In this document: one piece after another, positions 7,734 through 15,828 of the stretch | How the letters are laid out: each line of letters begins with the position of its first letter | Position numbering within the stretch: the stretch's first letter is position 1 | Assembly: GCF_003231495.1 (NCBI RefSeq) | Contig: NZ_PQWO01000023.1 | Span: forward strand, 24,931-56,930 | Source of the DNA: Acaryochloris thomasi RCC1774 | Lineage (GTDB): Bacteria; Cyanobacteriota; Cyanobacteriia; Thermosynechococcales; Thermosynechococcaceae | Length of the DNA: 32,000 nt | Reading direction: 5' to 3' | Translations under genes and position numbers: made by a program | Notes under the pieces: generated by a model | Databases searched by the model: none | Told to the model about the DNA's origin: nothing | The model's input: only the letters and a program-made list of their open reading frames with translations

Positions 7734-8006
7734 ATGACTCAGCGTTTAATTGAAGTGTTCACGGCGGATTGTCCTCTTTGCCATCCTACGGTCCAGCTCG
7801 TCCAGGAGTTAGCCTGCCCAGCCTGTGAGATCCAGATTTGGCATTTGGGTGCAGACGATGCCACCCAAGGTCGTGAGCAAGCTGCTCAGTATGGCATTCA
7901 TCGGGTTCCGGCAGTGGTGGTGGATGGCAAGTTGGCAGACTGCTGCCAAAATCAGCAACCCATTTCCCGCGAGTCTCTGATCCAGGCAGGGGTCGGGCAA
8001 GGGTAA
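7734..8006 (+). CDS. Small thioredoxin-fold protein (redox-active disulfide / glutaredoxin-like) with CPLC, CPAC and CC motifs
   Basis: 90-aa ORF; IEVFTADCPLCHP...GIHRVPAVVVDGKL pattern of Thioredoxin_3-type proteins; good RBS (ggagag) 8 nt upstream. Confidence 0.65.
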   Translation: MTQRLIEVFTADCPLCHPTVQLVQELACPACEIQIWHLGADDATQGREQAAQYGIHRVPAVVVDGKLADCCQNQQPISRESLIQAGVGQG

Positions 8007-8039
8007 AGTTTACGGCTCAAGCAAATGAATATCTGAGGC

Positions 8040-8071
8040 TTGACTCTCAAGTTGGGTTAAGGGTTAAGGCT
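8040..8071 (+). promoter_or_regulatory. MerR-type operator-promoter, site C (upstream of the RND efflux operon)
   Basis: TTGACTCTCAAGTTGGGTTAAGGGTTAAGGCT; same length and architecture as site B, sharing TTGACTCTC at the left and AGGCTGTG at the right. Confidence 0.5.
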
Positions 8072-8256
8072 GTGCATATTATGAAAAGCTGGTCTACCTT
8101 GGCAGCTATTTTTCTTCAGCTTACAGACCACATCGACGATGACTCAACCGGGTCATCTCACAACTTTTAGCATTCTTGGCTTCCTTCTCATACTGATTTC
8201 ACAATTGGTCGATAGGCTTGACTGAGGAAGCATTTTCTCATTTTAGTAATGCAATA

Positions 8257-10041
8257 ATGACCCAAGATAGCGTCAAATCCAAACCGGATGAATTAGTCTC
8301 TTCACCTATTGAAGTCGAGGAGACCCGAGAAGTCGAGGATGAGAGCAGTGATTCCCCGAGCACATCCTCAGTTCATCTCCCTGGCTTTCGTCCATTTAGA
8401 AGCGTATTGGCGCTGGGCATTTTTATCATTCTCTCCGGTGGCATTTGGTTTGTCGTCAAACACTTCGGTGGGATGGCAAATATGGGGATGGATCACGGAG
8501 CGATGGACGAAGGTTCCATGGATCATAGCGGTATGTCCATGGAGGATATGATGGCGGTAGAGGGGACATTCAACGCAGTGCCCGTCCAGGTGGAAGAGAT
8601 TCGTCCGCGTTTGGTGCAAGAAACAGTTCAATACACGGGGTCAGTGTATCCCTACCTAGAAGTTACTGTTTATCCCCGGATCGCCGGACAGCTCAGAGAC
8701 TATTCCATTTATCCAGGAGATCGCGTCCAAAAGGGCCAGCTCATTGCTCAGCTCGATGCCTTAGAACGGCGAACGGAGTTAGACGAAGCGCGGGCCGAGC
8801 GGAATGTGATGCAAGAGGTACTTGCCGCCAACGAAATTCAGGTGACAGAGCAACAGCGCGAGATTGATCGCCTGGTTGCTGAACTCGATTATATGAAGCT
8901 CAAGGCCAAGCGCTTTAAGGATTTAGTAGCTGGTGGAGCCTTAGCTCAAAATGACTATGATGCGATCGCTGCCGAGGTGGCAGCCAAGGAAGCTGCAATC
9001 TCAGGGGCCAGAACCAAGCTGGGGCGTATGCGGGCAGAGCTGGGGCGAGATCGGGCCATGATTAGCCAATCTCAAGCGAAGGCCAATACCGCCGTAGTGA
9101 TGGCTCGATACACTGTGATTACCGCCCCCATCAGCGGTATTGTCCAGTCCCGCATGGCTGATCCCGGCGTTGTGGTGCAGCCAGGGATAGGAATTCTCAA
9201 AATCGGCGACTATCGCCGGGTGCGGCTGCGGGCCAATGTCGCTCAGGCCGATGCGGTGGGGATTGGCAAAGGCACCCGCGTCAAAGCTAAGATTCCGGGC
9301 ACCGAGACGCCACCCATTACTGGCGAAATCACCAGCATTTTCCCCAACGCCGATCCCCAAACACGCACGGTCACTGTAGAGGCGGTGGTGAATAATCCCC
9401 AAGATCAGCTCCTGTCGGGGCAGTTTCTAGAGATGCAGATTATCAAAACCAGTAAACCCGCAACCCTATCGGTGCCTCAGATGGCCTTGCATCAGTATCA
9501 GGGACAGTCTGCAGCGTGGGTGGTGCAGGGCAGTGATGACGCAGCTATTGCTGAGCGTCGTTTAGTGAAACGGGGCTTAGTGAGTGGCGATCGCGTAGAA
9601 ATTACCCAGGGTTTGAGGGCAGGCGATCGCGTTATTACCACAGGCTTCTCCCGCTTGTCAGACGGCACTAAGGTGGCGATGGTCAATACCGCTGGCGAAC
9701 CCGTCGCGTCCCTCTCGGCTCCGGCAGCAGGCACGGTGGCGATTCAATTGATCAGTCCTGATCCCAAAACCGTGAAGATGGGGACCGCCGAGTTGACTCT
9801 GCAGGTGAGCGATCCGGCGTCCAAGTCGCCCTTGGCCGTAGACCAGTTAGCGGTGGATGTGACCATGCCGATGAAAAATATGGCTCCCATGACCACCATG
9901 GTCGATCTGAAACCCCTGCCGGAACCCGGTCGGTTCCGAGTCAAGACTCACTTTGGCATGAAAGGCGACTGGATAGTCAAAGCCCAGGTCAAGGACTCAG
10001 ACCACAAAGGCCGCGCTCAGTTTAAGCTAACGGCACAATAG
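8257..10041 (+). CDS. RND efflux periplasmic adaptor (membrane fusion protein, CusB/HlyD-like) with N-terminal Met/His-rich segment and C-terminal YtkA/FixH-like domain
   Basis: TM anchor VLALGIFIILSGGIWFVV; GGMANMGMDHGAMDEGSMDHSGMSMEDMM; barrel-sandwich/coiled-coil/beta-barrel pattern (YTGSVYPY...GQLIAQLD...ITAPISGIV...GQFLEMQI); ATG at 8257 preferred, TTG 8218 possible. Confidence 0.85.
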   Translation: MTQDSVKSKPDELVSSPIEVEETREVEDESSDSPSTSSVHLPGFRPFRSVLALGIFIILSGGIWFVVKHFGGMANMGMDHGAMDEGSMDHSGMSMEDMMAVEGTFNAVPVQVEEIRPRLVQETVQYTGSVYPYLEVTVYPRIAGQLRDYSIYPGDRVQKGQLIAQLDALERRTELDEARAERNVMQEVLAANEIQVTEQQREIDRLVAELDYMKLKAKRFKDLVAGGALAQNDYDAIAAEVAAKEAAISGARTKLGRMRAELGRDRAMISQSQAKANTAVVMARYTVITAPISGIVQSRMADPGVVVQPGIGILKIGDYRRVRLRANVAQADAVGIGKGTRVKAKIPGTETPPITGEITSIFPNADPQTRTVTVEAVVNNPQDQLLSGQFLEMQIIKTSKPATLSVPQMALHQYQGQSAAWVVQGSDDAAIAERRLVKRGLVSGDRVEITQGLRAGDRVITTGFSRLSDGTKVAMVNTAGEPVASLSAPAAGTVAIQLISPDPKTVKMGTAELTLQVSDPASKSPLAVDQLAVDVTMPMKNMAPMTTMVDLKPLPEPGRFRVKTHFGMKGDWIVKAQVKDSDHKGRAQFKLTAQ

Positions 10042-10098
10042 GATGCCTTTCGAGAGATCGAACTTGATCTAAATCTATTACTGACTGTGAGGACTAAT

Positions 10099-10581
10099 AT
10101 GAAAAAAACTTTTTTGGCGATCGCTGTCGTGAGTACCCTGCTCGTTGCCTGTGGTGCTAACTCCAATGAGCAAGCGACCCAATCATCATCGAACGGCTCA
10201 AGCGCACCCATCGCACAAACAGAGGCAAACGCTGAGAGCAACAGAGACAGTCAAGACCATAGCGAAAGGTCAGGCACGAATCCAGTCAAGGCGTCTGAGG
10301 ATATTCATCTGGTGAGTCCTGAATCTGGCGAGTTACCGATGGGCGACGCCGAAATTGTGGTTCATATCGAGCAGGAAAATCTTACGCCAGAGGACGTTTC
10401 CGCTGATGTCTCAATGCCCATGGCAGGCGAAGCAGATATGACATCTCTGGCGATCATTGAACCCGGTGACGAAGCCAAACAGTTCAAAATTAAAACTAAC
10501 TTTGGCATGGCGGGTTCCTGGACCATGGAGGTTAAGGCTAAAGATGCTGAACCCGCAACCCTAGCCTTCAATGTGAAGTAA
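10099..10581 (+). CDS. Lipoprotein with YtkA/FixH-like metal-associated domain
   Basis: MKKTFLAIAVVSTLLVACG lipobox; the C-terminal ~95 aa are paralogous to the C-terminus of the upstream adaptor (DVSMPMAGEADMT...FKIKTNFGMAGSWTMEVKAKD vs DVTMPMKNMAPMT...FRVKTHFGMKGDWIVKAQVKD). Confidence 0.7.
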   Translation: MKKTFLAIAVVSTLLVACGANSNEQATQSSSNGSSAPIAQTEANAESNRDSQDHSERSGTNPVKASEDIHLVSPESGELPMGDAEIVVHIEQENLTPEDVSADVSMPMAGEADMTSLAIIEPGDEAKQFKIKTNFGMAGSWTMEVKAKDAEPATLAFNVK

Positions 10582-10586
10582 GCACC

Positions 10587-13500
10587 GTGAAAGAATTCCT
10601 CACCCGCTGGTCGATCAAGCATCCGGTGATTGTGGCGGCGCTCTATATTGGCGTCTTGATCCTGTCTCTGCTGGTCTTGCTGGGTCTGCCGGTACGGATG
10701 ATGCCCTATGTCGAAAGCCCCCTGGTGGCCGTTATTACCCAAGCTCCCGGCACCGCCCCCGAAGAGGTGGAAGCCTATATCACCAAGCCCCTAGAGCAGC
10801 GGATGACGGTCCTGGAAGATGTGCGTTTTGTCCGCTCGACCTCCCAGCAGAATCTATCTTTGGTGACGGTGCAGTTTGGCTGGGGCGGCAGCATCGACAA
10901 GGCAGTCCAGTCCGTTCAAAGCCTGATGAAGGCGGCGGAGGGGGATACAGAACTACAGGGTTTAAATGCCCGCTCCTACTGGGTGCTGCCTATTGATCCC
11001 CTCAACCGACCTGTATTGACCCTGGCGCTGACAGGGGACCAGTGGGATCCAGTGCGACTGCGGGAGTTTGCCGATAATACCCTGGTGGATCGGCTCACCA
11101 AGCTGGACCAGGTGCAGGCGGTGTCGATTCTGGGGGGCTATCGACGGCAGCTCCAGGTGATTGTGGATCGCCAAAAATTGGGGGCCTATGGTCTTTCGAT
11201 TGTTCAGGTGCGCGATGCCTTAGATCGCAATAATTTGAGTCAAGGCTCTGGCATTCTGACGCGGGGAGATGCCGAAATTCTGGTGCGGACTGATGAGCGG
11301 GTCCAAAACGCGGAGGCATTGCTGACCTATCCATTGCTAGAGCGTCAGGGCCAAGTGGTGTATCTGCGGGATGTGGCCACGGTGCAAGATACCTTTGAAG
11401 AGCGTCGCAGTGGGTATCGCTACAACGGCCAAGCGGCCCTAGCGGTGAATATTATTCAAAAGCCGGATTCTAGCTCTCCAGCGGTGATTAAGCGGGTACG
11501 GGCCGAGCTAGAGAAAATCCAGCAGGAATACCCAGGGCTGGAATTTCAAGAAGCTTACGATAACTCCTTTTTAGTCAATATTATTGTGCAGAGCACGTTT
11601 AAGGAGTTGCTAATCAGTGTCCTGTTGGCCGGGGGCATTATCTTAATCTTCCTCGAAGACTTCCGCGCTACCGCGCTGATTATGATTTCCATTCCGACCT
11701 CGCTGGCCCTTTCAACGCTGCCTTTTGGCCCCATGCACATGTCCCTCAACTCTTCGACGTTGATTGGCATGACGATGGCCATTGGTAAGCTCGTGGATGA
11801 TTCCATCATTGTGATTGACGCCATTGAGCAAAAATTGCGCCAGGGGTTGCGCCCGCTGCAGGCCGCGATCAAAGGGACGGGGGAAGTCTTTTTGGCTAGT
11901 GTGGCCGCTAGTTGTGTCATGGTGGCAGCACTGCTACCCACCATACTATCGGGCGGGCTAACCGGACTAATGTTTGTGGGCCTGGTGTGGCCGATGGTTT
12001 TTGCTTTCGTAGCTTCAGTTCTGGTGTCAGTGACGCTGGTGCCGCTGCTGGCGGTGGTGTTCTATCGCTCCCGACCCCAATCCGGTCGAACTTGGCTGCA
12101 AAAACTGCTGACCCCAGTTAATTATGGTTTTCAACAACTCGTGCGGGGTTATAGTTGGCTCCTCCGGCTTTCGCTCCGCAATCGGGAACTGGCCTTGGCA
12201 GTCCTGGGTTCAACAATGGTGTTGGCGATCGCACTTTACCCCCTAGTTCCCCAGGAAATGATGCCGCTAGGGGATTCTGGTCAGTTCATGGTCACCTTAG
12301 AAATGGAAGCAGGCAGTTCCTTTGCTAAAACTGATGCCAGTACCGCTCAGCTCGAAACACTATTGCTACAACAGCCAGAGGTGGAAAAGGTCTCCTCTCA
12401 AGTGGGGTATGAGCTGACCCGCAACAGCACCTATTTCACCGGCTACAGTATGGGGAACGCCTATACCGCCTCGCTGACCGTCACCCTGAAGCTGGATCGA
12501 GATCGCGACATCTGGCAGGTCATGGACACAGTTCACACCGAAGCCCTGGCAACCATTCCCGGCATCCGACGGCTGGCGCTAAAGGAAATGGGCGTCGATG
12601 TGATGGCCACCTCTGCAGCACCGATTCAACTTGCCGTCTATGGTGATGATCTAGACATTCTTCACAAACTGGCGAACGATGTGCTGCAGATTGCCGAGGA
12701 TACGCCGGGGCTGATGATGGCCCAAACCAGCTCAGCCATGACCCAGCCAGAGTTAAGGCTCAATATTGATCGCCGCCGCGCCCAGGAGTTGGGTCTCAGT
12801 GTAGAAGCGATCGCCACCCAATCCCGGTTTGCACTCAATGGTGGTCTGACCCAGCGCTCCTACAACCGTCCCAATCTTCGGCAAAACTCGATTTTAGTGC
12901 GCTATGACGAAGCAGATCGGGGCACGACGGCTGACCTAGAGAGCACCTATCTGACAACTCCCAACGGTGGGCAGGTACCGCTTAATTCACTGGTGCAACT
13001 TGACTATCGACAAGGGCCGACGCTAATCGAACATATCGATGGTAAGCGGGTTGTCTATGTGAATGGTTACTATCGCCGGAATGGACCCGCTTCGATGGAC
13101 TTGAGCATGGCGATCGCAATGCGGGCCGGAGCTGAGCTAGAGATACCACCGGGCTATGGCATTGACTCCATGGGCGATATGACTGACATGATGATCGAGT
13201 TCGGACGCTTGCTCAATGGGCTAGCCGTTTCCCTAGTGCTGATTTACATCATCTTGGTGATTCAGTTCAACTCTTTTATTCACCCCTTGGTGATGATGCT
13301 GTCGGTGCCGCTGCAGTTGGTGGGGGTCTTTGGTGGACTAATCCTCGCGAATCAAACGCTATCCACTGTTTCCATTCTGGGGATTATCATTCTCTCGGGT
13401 CTGTCTTTATCAGCGGCGATTTTGCTTCTAGAGCTAATTATCACAAAGCGACAGGAGGGGTTACCTCGGGCAGCGGCGATCGCCCAGGCTGGACCCGTGC

Positions 13501-13766
13501 GGTTAAAAGCGATCGTGATGACCACCTTGACCACGCTGATTGTTGTCGTGCGGCTAGCCTTCTTCCCTGAAATTGGCTCGGATGCCTATTCTTCTATTGC
13601 CACAGTGATTCTGGGCGGGCTGGTGATTTCAACCCTATTGACGTTAATTGTGGTGCCGATTGTCTATACGTTTGTAGATGATGCCGTGATGTTAATGAAG
13701 GGTTTATCGCGATCTCAGCTCAGAATGGAATCATCTAGCGCTACAAGTTCCATTCCTCGTAATTGA
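10587..13766 (+). CDS. RND efflux transporter permease (AcrB/CusA superfamily)
   Basis: 1059-aa, 12-TM architecture with two large periplasmic loops; TM4 region GMTMAIGKLVDDSIIVIDAIEQ; GTG start 6 nt after the lipoprotein stop; no outer-membrane factor gene follows. Confidence 0.9.
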   Translation: MKEFLTRWSIKHPVIVAALYIGVLILSLLVLLGLPVRMMPYVESPLVAVITQAPGTAPEEVEAYITKPLEQRMTVLEDVRFVRSTSQQNLSLVTVQFGWGGSIDKAVQSVQSLMKAAEGDTELQGLNARSYWVLPIDPLNRPVLTLALTGDQWDPVRLREFADNTLVDRLTKLDQVQAVSILGGYRRQLQVIVDRQKLGAYGLSIVQVRDALDRNNLSQGSGILTRGDAEILVRTDERVQNAEALLTYPLLERQGQVVYLRDVATVQDTFEERRSGYRYNGQAALAVNIIQKPDSSSPAVIKRVRAELEKIQQEYPGLEFQEAYDNSFLVNIIVQSTFKELLISVLLAGGIILIFLEDFRATALIMISIPTSLALSTLPFGPMHMSLNSSTLIGMTMAIGKLVDDSIIVIDAIEQKLRQGLRPLQAAIKGTGEVFLASVAASCVMVAALLPTILSGGLTGLMFVGLVWPMVFAFVASVLVSVTLVPLLAVVFYRSRPQSGRTWLQKLLTPVNYGFQQLVRGYSWLLRLSLRNRELALAVLGSTMVLAIALYPLVPQEMMPLGDSGQFMVTLEMEAGSSFAKTDASTAQLETLLLQQPEVEKVSSQVGYELTRNSTYFTGYSMGNAYTASLTVTLKLDRDRDIWQVMDTVHTEALATIPGIRRLALKEMGVDVMATSAAPIQLAVYGDDLDILHKLANDVLQIAEDTPGLMMAQTSSAMTQPELRLNIDRRRAQELGLSVEAIATQSRFALNGGLTQRSYNRPNLRQNSILVRYDEADRGTTADLESTYLTTPNGGQVPLNSLVQLDYRQGPTLIEHIDGKRVVYVNGYYRRNGPASMDLSMAIAMRAGAELEIPPGYGIDSMGDMTDMMIEFGRLLNGLAVSLVLIYIILVIQFNSFIHPLVMMLSVPLQLVGVFGGLILANQTLSTVSILGIIILSGLSLSAAILLLELIITKRQEGLPRAAAIAQAGPVRLKAIVMTTLTTLIVVVRLAFFPEIGSDAYSSIATVILGGLVISTLLTLIVVPIVYTFVDDAVMLMKGLSRSQLRMESSSATSSIPRN

Positions 13767-13860
13767 GGAAGTCCTTCGGATTTTTGTCGGTTGATGCTTG
13801 TATGCGAAATGTCGAGTAGTAACTTACGATCAAGTTCAGATGAGTTGAGATCAAGCGCCA

Positions 13861-14073
13861 ATGCCAGATCAGATAGAAGAGAGAGTTGCCCTCTTAGAAG
13901 CTGAAGTCGCCCGTCTCAAAACGAAGGTAGAAGATAGTGCCTCTTCAAGACCCTGGTGGGAGAAAATCACCGGAACCTTCGCCAACAATCCAGCCTATGA
14001 CGAAGCGATGCACTTAGGGCAGGAGTACCGAAAGTCCCTGCGACCAGGCTCTAGTGAATCACCTGCCAGTTGA
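13861..14073 (+). CDS. Antitoxin partner of the PIN toxin (cyanobacterial VapB-like)
   Basis: 70-aa ORF with N-terminal coiled coil EERVALLEAEVARLKTKV and PWWEKITGTF motif; stop overlaps the start of the PIN gene. Confidence 0.6.
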   Translation: MPDQIEERVALLEAEVARLKTKVEDSASSRPWWEKITGTFANNPAYDEAMHLGQEYRKSLRPGSSESPAS

Positions 14074-14492
14074 TGTACATCCTCGATACCAATCACCTGA
14101 GCGTTCTAGATCGGGGAGGCACCTCAGCACAACGGCTATTTCAGCAATTAGCAACCATCAACCCCTCAGAAGTAACGACGACAATTATCAGCTATGAAGA
14201 GCAGATGCGAGGTTGGCTGAGTTACCTTGCCAAAGCAAAGACGATTGAGCAGCAAGTGAATGGATACAACCAGCTTAAGCGCCAATTGGCAAACTATTGC
14301 ACTATTCCAGTCCTTGAGTTTGATGAAGCTGCGGCACAGAAATTTCATCACCTCAAACAGCAATATCCTAGGTTAGGATCGATGGATCTGAAAATTGCAG
14401 CAATCGCCTCTGTCCAGGGGGCAATCTTGCTAACCCGAAACAGTCGTGATTTCAGCCAGATTACAGGCTTGTCCATCGAAGACTGGACGTGA
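14070..14492 (+). CDS. vapC: Type II toxin VapC (PIN-domain ribonuclease)
   Basis: MYILDTNHLS (first acidic residue), ISYEEQMRG, GSMDLKIAAIA, LLTRNSRDF: the usual four PIN acidic positions; overlaps the upstream small ORF. Confidence 0.8.
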   Translation: MMYILDTNHLSVLDRGGTSAQRLFQQLATINPSEVTTTIISYEEQMRGWLSYLAKAKTIEQQVNGYNQLKRQLANYCTIPVLEFDEAAAQKFHHLKQQYPRLGSMDLKIAAIASVQGAILLTRNSRDFSQITGLSIEDWT

Positions 14493-14549
14493 TCACGAAC
14501 AGCAGCGTATCTAGAGACCCGCAGCTAGCGATCAGAATGCTGTTCGGGT

Positions 14550-15071
14550 TTAGGAGTTATGTTCTGCAAATGCTGTGGTTTGTCCGGCCCGATCAAAGGA
14601 AAAAACCGTGTAGGGTTCTTTGACATTCCCCGATTCCATCCCCGGCGATCCAATCGGCATTCCAGGAACAGCAATGCCCACCACATCAGGCTTCTCAGTT
14701 AGCAGTCGCTTCACGTCAGCCGCAGGAATGTGACCTTCGATCACGTAGCTATTTGCGACTGCAGTATGACAGGAGGCAAGATCTTCAGGGACATTATGCT
14801 CCCGCTTCACACCGTCCATATCCTCGACAATATTGTCCTCAACCTGGAACCCCTGAGCCTGCATGTGTTTGACCCATTCTCCACAACAGCCACAGGTGGG
14901 GCTGCGGTAGGCCGTGATTTGACGTGCTTCAGGGGGGAGGGTGTCTGCGATCGCTTGATGCTGAACATCAGTAGGTGCAACCATGCTGTAAACGCCGATG
15001 CCAACGCCACCTGCGACCAGAATCGCAGCCCCAAAGCGCAGCCAAGGTTGCTTTAAAAGATTGCTTGCCAT
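14550..15071 (-). CDS. DUF411 (CopG-like) periplasmic metal-binding protein
   Basis: Signal/anchor helix, then YRSPTCGCCGEWVKHM...LASCHTAV...YVIEGHIPAADVKRLL...GIAVPGMPIGSPGME, the family signature including the CxCC motif. Confidence 0.85.
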   Translation of the reverse strand: MASNLLKQPWLRFGAAILVAGGVGIGVYSMVAPTDVQHQAIADTLPPEARQITAYRSPTCGCCGEWVKHMQAQGFQVEDNIVEDMDGVKREHNVPEDLASCHTAVANSYVIEGHIPAADVKRLLTEKPDVVGIAVPGMPIGSPGMESGNVKEPYTVFSFDRAGQTTAFAEHNS

Positions 15072-15132
15072 TTCAAATTATCAATGTATAGTGTCTTTTT
15101 CCCCGCAGCACTTTCGCGGAGTGTTTACATCT

Positions 15133-15164
15133 AGGATAGACTCTCTACCTAACTAGAGAGTCAA
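15133..15164 (-). promoter_or_regulatory. MerR-type operator-promoter, site D (upstream of the DUF411 gene)
   Basis: Minus strand TTGACTCTCTAGTTAGGTAGAGAGTCTATCCT: -35 TTGACT, 20-nt spacer with perfect 9-6-9 dyad GACTCTCTA/TAGAGAGTC (15139-15162), -10 TATCCT; about 60 nt upstream of the ATG at 15071. Confidence 0.55.
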
Positions 15165-15288
15165 ATACAATAGGTTCGACACCTCAAACAAAATGTAACG
15201 AGCAGAAGAGTTGCGATCGCCGTAGATTTAACCGTCAGAATATGCTAGAAGTTGCCTACCGCTTCCCAAAGCACAGGAGAATTGCAAT

Positions 15289-15795
15289 ATGAAAGCTAAG
15301 CTATTCCTTCCTTTAACCTTGCTAGCCGTTCTTGGAATCTCAGGCAAAACGCTAGCCCACGTCATTGAGACAGACTACCTCTTGCCCACTCCAATTGCTC
15401 CTGATGGAGTAACGGGCAGTGTTAGCCGTTCAGCCATTAAATTCACCGCTAAATTCAGCTCCGGTGAACCCTACCCCAATGCCAAAGTGACCATTTATGC
15501 CCCTGACGATCAAGAAAAACCCTGGCGTGTAATGCAGGCAAATGAAGAGGGCGAGTTTGAATTTCAGCCTGATCAGTCTAAACCAGGAGAGTGGACCGTT
15601 GATATCGGTGAGGGGAGCCACTGGGATAGCTGGACGGTGCCCGTGATGTCCACAGGAGGCAGCATCACCTATGGTGAACTGAGTGATGCCTCTTCTCATT
15701 TACCTAGCATTCCTCCACAGCTACTGGTGATTGGGGCTGCTTGCGTTTCGGGGAGTGTCGGTGCAGTGGCGTTGAGATCACGCCGTCGCCGTTAA
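15289..15795 (+). CDS. Secreted Ig/transthyretin-like (carboxypeptidase-regulatory-like) protein with C-terminal membrane anchor; predicted mature N-terminus begins with His
   Basis: Signal peptide ...GKTLA/HVIETDY; KVTIYAPDDQEKPWRVMQANEEGEFEF resembles CarboxypepD_reg-type beta-sandwich; C-terminal helix LLVIGAACVSGSVGAVAL followed by RSRRRR; function inferred only from context. Confidence 0.5.
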   Translation: MKAKLFLPLTLLAVLGISGKTLAHVIETDYLLPTPIAPDGVTGSVSRSAIKFTAKFSSGEPYPNAKVTIYAPDDQEKPWRVMQANEEGEFEFQPDQSKPGEWTVDIGEGSHWDSWTVPVMSTGGSITYGELSDASSHLPSIPPQLLVIGAACVSGSVGAVALRSRRRR

Positions 15796-15828
15796 AGCAA
15801 AGAATCCCCTCAATATTGAAAAGCAGGA

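Noticed and set aside
8081-8170. 29-codon ORF (MKSWSTLAAIFLQLTDHIDDDSTGSSHNF) just downstream of MerR-type site C
   Set aside because: It could be a leader peptide, but it has no RBS, no recognisable features, and no way to test conservation here.
13767-13795. Weak stem plus T-run (gtccttcggattttt) after the RND gene as a terminator
   Set aside because: The stem is only 3-4 bp, which is not convincing.
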